This document shows, piece after piece, positions 49,787 to 64,000 of a stretch of 64,000 nt of DNA. The stretch is from positions 1 to 64,000 of the forward strand of contig NIVC01001451.1 in assembly GCA_002269645.1 (NCBI GenBank), written 5' to 3'. Under the pieces are notes generated by a model. It was given only the letters and a program-made list of their open reading frames with translations. It was not told the DNA's origin and searched no databases. Each line of letters starts with the position of its first letter. Within the stretch, counting starts at the first letter, position 1. Source of the stretch: Macrostomum lignano (Eukaryota). The translations under genes were made by a program, and so were the position numbers.

Positions 49787-52700
49787 CCAGAAATTGCATT
49801 TAATACAGTATGACTAAGCTCCACGCTGCCAAAGGAGCGACATTCTGTCTGCAAATTAATTTACAGCATTGCGTATCTGCGTCAGTAAATCTGATGAAGA
49901 TTGCTGAGCTGTACAGGCCAGGCCTCATCCTGATCCAGGAACCCTGGATGCGCAACGGTAAGTTGCCCAACATTCCCTCTGGCTACTCTGATTTTTGTGT
50001 GTGGCCCGGGGAACAGCCGCCCTAGAGCGGCTATCCTCGCTGCTAGCCATCTCCAGGCTTGGCTGAGGACTGATCTCTCTGATGGAGACCTTTGTGTCAT
50101 CCAATCTAATCATTTCTCTCCGCGTACGTGTCTTGTTGCCTCGGTTTATATCCCAGGCGACAGAGACCCTGCTCCTGAGAGTTTACTGCGCCTCGCACAG
50201 TACTGCGAGTCCCAGAACGCTGAGCTGTGCTTAGGGGGCGACCTCAACGCGCACCACAAGCACTGGGGCAGCAAAGATACCAACACTAGAGGAGAGGAGC
50301 TTCTGGCCCTCATCTCTAACACAAACCTCATGCTCTGCAACCGCGGCAGCACTCCTACCTTTAATAATGGCAGATGGACCGAGGTCCTCGACGCCACACT
50401 CGTTACCCCAAGACTCTTTGACAGAGTCAAGGAGTGGAGAGTCTGGTCTGAGGAGCCCTCCCTGTCTGACCACTGCTTTATCGCCTTTAATATCGCGGAC
50501 ACTAAAACCCAGTCTCCGATCACTTGGAGACGCAATATCCGCAACACTGATTGGGCGGCCTACAAGGCTGCCCTTGATCTGCACCTGCAGGAACTCACGG
50601 ACTTACGTCCGATTGAGACCTGCGAGGATGTGGATCATATGGCTGAGACGCTGACAGGTTGCATTATTGCAGCCTACGAAGCGGCTTGTCCTGCTCGCGC
50701 CTACAGAGGCAAGACCTCGGCGCCGTGGTGGAACCCGGAGCTGGGGAAACTCAGGCGGAAGGCCAAAAGCCTTCATCGCCGTGCCATGAAGACCGGAAAC
50801 CCGGAGGACATGGAGCTTTTCCGGCAAGCCTCCCGCAATTTCAAATCTGAAGTGCGCAAGGCCAAGGAATGTAAGTGGCGCCAATTCTGCAATGAATTGG
50901 ATCAAGACAGACCTACTTCTAGGCTTGTCAAGGCCCTTACAATGGACAAAATGTCCAAATTAGCCATGATCAAAAAAGATGATGGCTCTCTTACTAAAGA
51001 CCCTGAAGAAGTGCTTCAGCATATGCTTAGCACATTCTTCCCGAGGGTACCTACTGCTAGACCGGAGCCCAACCATTCGATGGATGGAGCCACCCTAGCG
51101 GCGGGCATTGTCACTGAAGACCTAATCGCTCGTGCGGTCAGAACCTTCAAACCCTTCAAATCTCCTGGACCTGATGGTATCTACCCTGTTCTCCTTCGTG
51201 AAGCAGCCAAGATACCCTCGTTCCTGAGACTCACCCGCAATCTTATGTGGGCCTCTATCCAGCTGGGATACGTTCCCAAATGCTGGACTGAAGCTCGGGT
51301 AGTCTTTATTCCCAAACCTGGGAAGGGTGATTACCAAAGCGTCAAGGCCTTCCGGCCTATTAGCTTAACGTCAGCAATGCTTAAGCTCACTGAGAGGCTT
51401 ATTCTCTGGCGGCTGCTGTCCTGCGAGCTGACAGCGATGCCCCTCAGCAATAATCAGCACGCCTTCCGTACCGGGAGGTCGACTGACAGCGCCCTGCATG
51501 CGATTGTCGAGAAGATTGAAAGGGCGGTACTGGGTGACGGTTACGCTCTGGCTCTCTTTCTTGACATTGTTGGCGCCTTCGACAACGTTATCTTTGAAGC
51601 GTTTCAGAGGGCCCTTCAAAATCGCAAAGCTCATGCTACCCTCATACGGTGGATCATGTACATGATCTCCAACCGTACGGTCACTGCCCAACTTCTTGGG
51701 CAAACTGCCTCCACCAGAGTCTGTAAGGGTGGACCCCAAGGCGGAGTCCTCACCCCGATGCTCTGGAACCTGGTCATGGACGCTCTTTTGAGTGACTCCC
51801 GACCCGACCCGGTCTTCAAAGTCGGGTATGCTGATGACGTCACGGCCATTGTGGCAGGACCGTCTCCCAGCACGCTCAGGGATCTGATGCAGAGCTTTAT
51901 CCACAAAGCAGAATCCTGGGCCAATGACAATGGTCTGGAACTCTCTGAGCCCAAAACCGTTGCCATTATGTTTACCAGCAGACTACGCTGGAACATACGT
52001 CCTCTGCAGCTCTACGGCAGAGATATTGCCTTCGCGCACCAGACCAGATGTCTCGGGGTCATACTTGACCACCGGCTCAACTGGTCCTCCCACGTGAAAG
52101 CAAAAGCCAAGCGTGCCTCAGCCATCCTGGCCCAGCTCCGACGAGCACTTGGCACTTCTTGGGGTCTATCCCCAAAGAGGCTTTGGTGGATCTATACTTC
52201 CGTAGTTAGACATGCCATTACGTACGCCTCTGTTGTCTGGGTTAGCGCTACCCAGGTCAAAAGCCATGCAGACCTGCTCAACACGATCCAAGGCAGAGCG
52301 TGTAGGCTCATCTGCAACGCCACCAGGTCCACGCCCTTTGCTGGCATGGGGGCCTTCCTTAATCTTCCGCCTCTTGACCTCTTCATCAGGGGTGAGGCGG
52401 CTAGAACGACGCGGCGTCTAATTGATGCCGGCGTCAAATTCATTTACATGAGAGCACCTGCTAAGCGGAACCTTGTCCCGCATAGCGATCTGTGCCTCAA
52501 CTTTCTCAACGAGTGTCAGGCCAATCGCGTCTTCACCGATGGCATTGCCTCAACGCTCAACCTGAGACAGCGCTACTCCGTAGCTATCGACTCGCGCGAT
52601 AACATCAATGACCATTGGAACCCTGGTGAGCTTCATTGCTACACCGACGGTTCTAAGCAGTCAGCCAACACCGGCTTTGGTGTTGGAATCTTTCTGAACG

Positions 52701-52808
52701 GGAGGGTCATCGCTACCCACTTACTTACTTACTACTGACGGGGGGCGCAGGCGCCGCGAATAGGCCGCGAGGCCCCTATCGCAACCCCAAGGTAAAAGAG
52801 CACAAGGA

Positions 52809-57531
<4,723 letters not shown>

Positions 57532-58524
57532 CTACCCACGCTCAATACACTGGGGTCAACTCCAGTGTTTTCCAAAATGAAGTTCTGGCCATCAGCTCCT
57601 GCACTGCAGAGCTTCTCGCCACTGGCGTTACTGGTAAGAACATCATTTTCCATTCGGACAGCCAAGCTGCCTTGCACGCCATCAGTGGCTGCAGCACCAA
57701 CTCTGCTACAGTCCTTGACTGTATTAAACTCCTCAATGTGTTGGGTTCCGCCAACAAAATTACCCTTAAGTGGGTTCCGGGCATGTGGGGATCCGAGGAA
57801 ATGAGTTGGCTGACACCCTTGCAAAAGTTGGTGCCTCCGGCTCCTCTCTCGGCCCCGAACCTCTTGTCCCGATTCCTGGCTGTGTCATCGACTCGCGCAT
57901 CAAAGCGTGGATCAGGACTCAGCACCGCTCGACTTGGGCGAACCGCACGAACTGCAGGAAATCCAGAGGCGCTGTCCCTCAGCCCTCTCACCAGCTCCGG
58001 AAGCTCCTCTTGCGCCTCTCGCGCAGAGACATCCGGGCTGCCACCATGACCCTCTCTGGTCACGGCTGCTTCTCCAGGCACCAGTACCTGCAGGGCAACG
58101 CCACCAACGCCACCTGTAGTTTCTGCAACTCAGGTGACGAAACCGCTGAGCATTTCGTCAGCATCTGTCCCGCCTTCACGCGGGCCAGACTCACTTACCT
58201 CGGGCCACACACATCTATTACTGAAGCGTGCAAACCCGAAAACTTTAATCAGCTCATGCGCTACCTTCGGGCCACCCGCAGGGCTGAACTCTCCTTTCCA
58301 GAGAGCACCATAGCTGTTGGCGACACTGGGGGACCTCCCTGGGCGGCGCCAACCCTCCGTCCATAGCGACGCGTCGGCCGTTCAGGGACTAGCGGAATGG
58401 GCGCCCGCGCCTTCCCGCTGTGTCCCCTCCGGGACAGCCCTGCAGCTAAGTAAGTAAGTAATCTTACGTCTTCAACTTTAAAAAACCTTTTAAAATTGCC
58501 TGCTCTTCGTTTGCCTTTTATTAG

Positions 58525-58848
58525 AATGGTCGATTTTATTGGAATAAATCGACGAACTGGAGTGGCCTGAAGAAGTCATTACGAAGGCTGGGAAGTGACT
58601 AAACGTAACGGTGACTTTGGTTGACCAGTCCTGTGGTTCTGTCTCCTGTAAGTTTTGGAGTACGTCCTCCGAATTAAGCTGTCAATTAGATATTGGCGAC
58701 ATTTTGTCAATATGACGAGCAAAAGTACAGGAGCACGCCAGCGCTGTCGTACTTGGATGTTACTGTCTCTGACGTTCGGCTCAACTTGGACGACACCGAG
58801 GTTAAGACTTTAAAAGAGTGGCACACGAGTGCTAACAGAGCGAGACAG
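58525..58848 (+). pseudogene. Diverged paralogous RPA-like exon 2
   Basis: Acceptor TTATTAG|AATGGTCGAT has the same phase as the array's CTATCAG|AATCGTCGAT. VTLVDQSCGSVSCKFWSTSS..IGDILSI*RAKVQE..LDDTEVKTLKEW. Confidence 0.85.
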
Positions 58849-60029
58849 TTTTAATGAGTTTCAATGTTTTAATTTGGCCACTCCGTTGTCGGAAGGCGCG
58901 GTTGGCAGTTCTTTTAACGTAAGTGGGGACAACACGCGGTTAATATCAACAGCCACCAGAGTTTTTTTGCAAAAATAATAAGTAAAGTTGTCATGAACTT
59001 TAAGAAAATAAGACATGAAAGCATATTCATCGTAACTTATTTAATTTAGTATCCTCTGTACTATAGTTTTACACACTAGTGTTACTACGCTTGTATATTG
59101 CATATTATTCGGTAATGGTAGATTGTATAGTATTCAACGAAGTTGTATACTATACAAGTGCATTGTACTTATACTTTCACTCAGCGCGCAGTCATTATTC
59201 CACACCTTTGTCGCTGTCATTATTCCACAATTTTTTATCATGCTTCAATTGGCTGTTTTAAGAGTTATTTTACCCATAGACCTACATGTCTATGGGTAAG
59301 CGCTACATAGACGCTACATGATAATATTAAAAAAAACTTGTACTGCATTTTTTGGCTCCTCAATGGGAAGCGCTGATTGCTAGTAAATTACTAAATTTGG
59401 GATTGCCTATTTGGATCACTACTACTGAAAAATCTTTGTGCGCTACTAACCGCAGTAGATAAATTCGGGTTTAACTCCTAAATTTCCGCGATGCTCATTA
59501 AAAGAAACAATTCTTCCATTTAACTCTTCCGTCTTCTGATTCTGAATTAATTGATTGGCTGCTATTTTTGATTGAGTCCACATTCCACAAGTCTTATTCC
59601 TGCATGGTCAAGAGTGCGGGAATGACATCTGCACGATTCTTAGCTTTAAGTCATGAATCCCCAGAATCCATTTCTTTGTATTCTTCTGTTCTGTGCAAAG
59701 CACTAGGAAAGTCAATATTGCAAATTCAGGAGCTTTTCATTGAATTTACAATTAGCCATGTCACCAATGTTTCGAGTCGAAACTTTCGACTTGCGAAAAT
59801 CTCTTTTAAATTAATAAAGTATGGACTCGTCAATAAAAATGACTAGAAGAAAAAAATACTGATGCAGATTTTACAAATTTGAAATCGTGATCGTGACCAC
59901 GACCGAACACTAATTACACGACATAAATCCATAAATTAAGAGATGCTTTGTTTAAAGCAGTAATAAATTAATCGTACATCGCTGACTTACTTTCCATGCT
60001 TGTATATGCTACAAAACTAAGTCTTTAGC

Positions 60030-60181
60030 CAGGGGCGTAACCAAGGGGGGGGACACTGGGGACATGTCCTCCCTGAAGGGGAAAAATTCTTTTACTGCCT
60101 TTGTATTTTGCTTCCATCACTTCCATCGGAGATGGATTTATGTTTCTGTCCCCCCTGACGTAAATCCTAGCTACGCGTCTC
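60030..60181. mobile_element. Possible degenerate MITE
   Basis: Begins CAGGGGCGTAACCAAGG and ends CCTAGCTACGCGTCTC (imperfect inverted repeat); no TSD identified. Confidence 0.35.
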
Positions 60182-62091
60182 TCTTCAACAATACCTTTAC
60201 AAAGTCACTAACGATATACAAATAACAGTTATGGACAAACTATAACAATTAGGCCTACTATACTATACATAACTCAATAGACCTATAACATTTTTAATTC
60301 ATATGAAGTCAGATCGCGTCTCTTGACCTCGTCCTAACCTAAATGTCTGCAATATTGAATAAATCCAACCCAAGGGGACTCACCCGATGCTGATACTGCA
60401 TAGTGATAGTTTAAGGGTACTGAATTGGATATGGTATTTTGGAAGCGCTATGTCCTTATTAAGAGTAGAAGCTTAGCTTTTAAGAAACGCTTTTTGTTCT
60501 CGCTTCACAAATGCCTAGGGCGTAAATTGGGGGCTAGACCTAACATGGACAACTGACCATGACCAATAATAACCGAACCCGGCCCCTCCCTCCTCGAAAT
60601 AGGGTGTTTTTCTGTCTGGAATCTGGATTAAACTCGTTGGCCAATGAGACACCGTTTATTCGTATATCGTGTATTTACAAGTACAACTAAGGTCTGTCTA
60701 CGCCTGAATTATCGATTGGCGGGGGGTGGGGTAGAGATAGCTTGTGCGTGTGTGGGTTCAGTTTATTTGGCTCTACTTGAAATTATCAATCGATCCGTCA
60801 CCCAATCCCTTTCTAAATGTACACTGCGCGTGAAAAAGCTTCGGGGTACGGATAACACTAAAAACACTGACCCACCCCACTCCTATTATTACATAGTATC
60901 AGTTTATCAGCGTAGTTTAGCGATGCAGTCAAAGCTCAAAATCTGGAGATGCCGCCCTGGCCCGCCCTCAATAGCTATAGGGTATGGACATGGTATTATT
61001 AAATAGCTGCTAGTACAGGGCGATTTCTTATCAAAGTTACTTTATATCGCATTTACTTCTTATAGAATAGTCATTGCTCATTTCTGTTACACTATATTCC
61101 TATTGAATAAGCCGACTAACGTGGTTTTATGCTCTAATAATTATTCCTTCAAATATCTCTATTGTCTCTAGCTAGCAACAATACGAATAAATTACGATTC
61201 ATGCCAAAATTAAGAATACGCTTGATACTCGACAAAACTGAAAACCGCCAGCGCACCTGAGCAGGAGTTGGATAAACTTGCGTCAATTTAAAGTTTAAGT
61301 TAGCTGATGTCTATCGATCTGCCCAATCCTGCCATTTAAAGTGGCAGTTTTCAATTCAATGTTGCCGAGTATAGCTGACTTTTTTTTTAATCAAATTGGC
61401 GCTAAAATATTTCAATGACTGGGAACTGAGACTCTTGCTCCCCTGGCAAAAAGCAATGCCTGTCCCTAGCGCCTTACAATGACAGAACTATTGACTATGG
61501 ACAGACACAAACTATGTGCATTAAGCTAAACAGGAGCTAATTATAGCCAATTACTTTTAAAATACAATAATGAGCCGGTCCGTATTGCATTCTATCTCTT
61601 CAGAGATGGATCGAAGCCACCAACCAACTCTAAACTCTTCGGAGATACCGTGACATATTTTCCGCGTTCGAATGAAGGACGCAGGTATTACGAAGTAAAC
61701 TGTTATGCTCCACAATCAACACTACAGCATCAGCATGTTGGAACGTCAGTAAGATCATTGGGATATTCATTATTCAACTTTCTGAGATATCGAAACATCA
61801 ATCTGCACCGATACCGACAAGTTTGGTGGATTTATACTACGCATACTGATACTACGAGTACATGTAGATATGGGCCAGTGGGCTACTTAAGCATATTTGC
61901 TTATTAAAACAACTTCTCTACGTTAACTTCAGTAGCAAGGAAGAATGTGTTAGCAATTTAATTTTATGCAAAGAAAGGCAGTTGGCATGACTTGTAGACG
62001 CACAAACAACTCGCTATTGGCGCAGCCGTAATGTACATTAGCCAAGCCAGCGTGGTTATAAACGTACATGGCAGGCAGCTTTAGGCTGGAA

Positions 62092-64000
62092 CTAGCCAAT
62101 CCCAACCCCCGTTGGGGCTTTCCGTCCAAACTCCAACCACAGTTTTCCCCATCCACAAAATCCCCGATGCAAAGAATCTCACATGCAAAGAATCCCCCAT
62201 CCAAAGAACCCCTATCGATAGAATCACCGATCCGAAGAATTCCCCATTCAATGAATCCCCTACTCAAGAAATTCCCGATCTACAGAAGCCCCCTATCTAA
62301 AGAATCCCCATCCAAAGAATCTCTCATCCACAGAATCCCCATCCAAAGAATCCCTCATCCACAGAATCCAAATACCCTGGTATAAAGAATCCTCCATCCA
62401 TCCCTATCCAAAGAATTTCCTCATTCATTCCTATCCAAAGAATTTCCTCATTCATTCCTATCCAAAGAATTTCCTCATTCATTCCTACCTAAAGAATCCC
62501 CCATCCATCCATATCCAAAGAATCCCCCCCAATTAATCCCCGTCCAAATAATTCACATCATAATCCCCATCTAAATAAACCATAGATCTCCCATCTAAAT
62601 AATCCGCCATCAAAGAAATAATTGGCCAAAGAATTCCCTCATCTAAAGAACCCCGTCCGAATAATCCCCATCCAACGAATCCAAAGAATCTCCCATCCAA
62701 ATAATCCCCCTATTAATAGAATTCTTGGCCAAAGAATCCCCTCATCTAAAGAACCCCCGTCCAAATAACCCCCCCCATCTAGCGAATCCTTCATCTAAAG
62801 AATCAACTATTCGAAAAACCCTCCATCGAAACAATACCCCATCAAAGTAATTCCCTAATGAATCACCTATCCAAAGATATCCATTAGAAGCATCCCTCAT
62901 CCAAAGAATCATCAATCCGTAGAATTCCCCAAAAACTTAACATCTCAGCAATTCCCCCGAGCCTCGACACCTCATAAAATTCCCCCAAGCCTTGACATCT
63001 TACCAATTTCCCCCCGTCCAAAGCCTTGACATCTTACCAGTTTCTCCCCGTCCGAAGCCTTGACATCTCAGCAGTTCCCCGTTAAGCCTTGAAATCTCAG
63101 CAATTCTCCCCCACAAGTCTTGCATCTCAGCAAGTCCCTCTTAAGCCTTCACATCTCATTAATTCCAATAGGTAAGATTTTATACATGTATTTCAATAAT
63201 TCCCCCTATAAATCTTGACATCTTAGAATTCTCTTTCGAGCAAGCATCCCCTGATAGAAAGTACCCCCACCAAGATTAGTGAAACAATTTCCTCAGCTAG
63301 CCAATTCCAACCCCCGTTGGGGCTATTCGTCCAAACTCCAACCAGTTTTTCCACGCAATAAAATTTCACCCAACTGAATCTCAAATTTAAAGAATCCCCC
63401 ATCGAAAGAATCCACCACCCATAGAATCCACGATACAAAGAATCTCACATGCAGAGAATCCCCATCCAAAGAAACCCCCATCGATAGAATCCCCGATCCG
63501 AAGAATTCCCCTTCCAATGAATCCCCCATCGACAGAATCCCCTATCCAAAGAAGCCCCATCCATCCCTATCCAAAGAATCCCCCATCCACAGAATCCCGA
63601 TCAAAATAATGCAAATATTCTCTCATCCAAATAAACCTCCACAAAAGAATCATTGAATCTGAAGAATCTGAATCTTGAGTCCCCTCATCTAAAGAACCCC
63701 GTCCAAATAATCCAAAGAATCATACTCCAAAATAGTCTCCATCTAAAGAATCCAAAGAATCTCCCATCTAAATAATCCCCCATCAATAAAATCCTAGGCC
63801 AAAGAATCCTTCATCTAAAGAATCCCCATTCAAAGAACCCTCCATCGAAAGAATCCCCCATCGATGGAATTTCCCAATGAATCAGCTATCTAAAGATATC
63901 TATTAGAAGCAGCCCTCATGGAAGGAACCCCCAATCCAAAGAATTCCCCCCCCCCAAGACTTGACATCTCAACAATTCCCCCCAAGCCTTGATACCTCAG
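62092..64000 (-). repeat. Second composite satellite element (runs off the window)
   Basis: Heads at 62092 and 63297, with the same sub-repeat order as 41747-43580. Confidence 0.85.

Noticed and set aside
59380-61910. Short ORFs and possible coding relics
   Set aside because: Multiple stops, no recognisable motifs and no consistent splice structure.

Overview
Repeat-dense eukaryotic genomic DNA, judged from spliceosomal GT-AG introns, LTR and non-LTR retrotransposons and the standard genetic code. No rRNA, intact tRNA or CRISPR array is seen. (1) 1.1-12.1 kb is a retrotransposon nest. It holds a decayed Gypsy pol fragment, stacked RNase H-bearing LINE 3' ends with (CAA/CAG)n tails, and an internally deleted LOA-like relic. 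One of those LINEs is split by a recent 4.66-kb Copia element (258-bp LTRs, AGGAG TSD, one nonsense codon). (2) 13.7-40.6 kb is a tandem array of five complete units plus one partial unit, 4.45-5.9 kb each. Each unit carries a divergently transcribed gene pair: a spliced RPA1-like OB-fold gene on the minus strand, disrupted in all copies, and an RGG / CCHC zinc-knuckle / polyQ gene on the plus strand, intact in two copies. Units also hold a 20-bp minisatellite, and some hold telomere-like repeats. A Helitron-type 3' end (hairpin + CTAG) lies at the left edge of the array. (3) 40.6-47.7 kb and 58.5-64 kb contain satellites, more Helitron-type ends, MITE/SINE-like relics and an older, diverged copy of the RPA-like gene. 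(4) The first intron of that older copy contains a 10.7-kb nest of two LOA/R1-like LINEs in opposite orientation, both with clear TSDs. All family assignments come from motif recognition by eye, not database searches.
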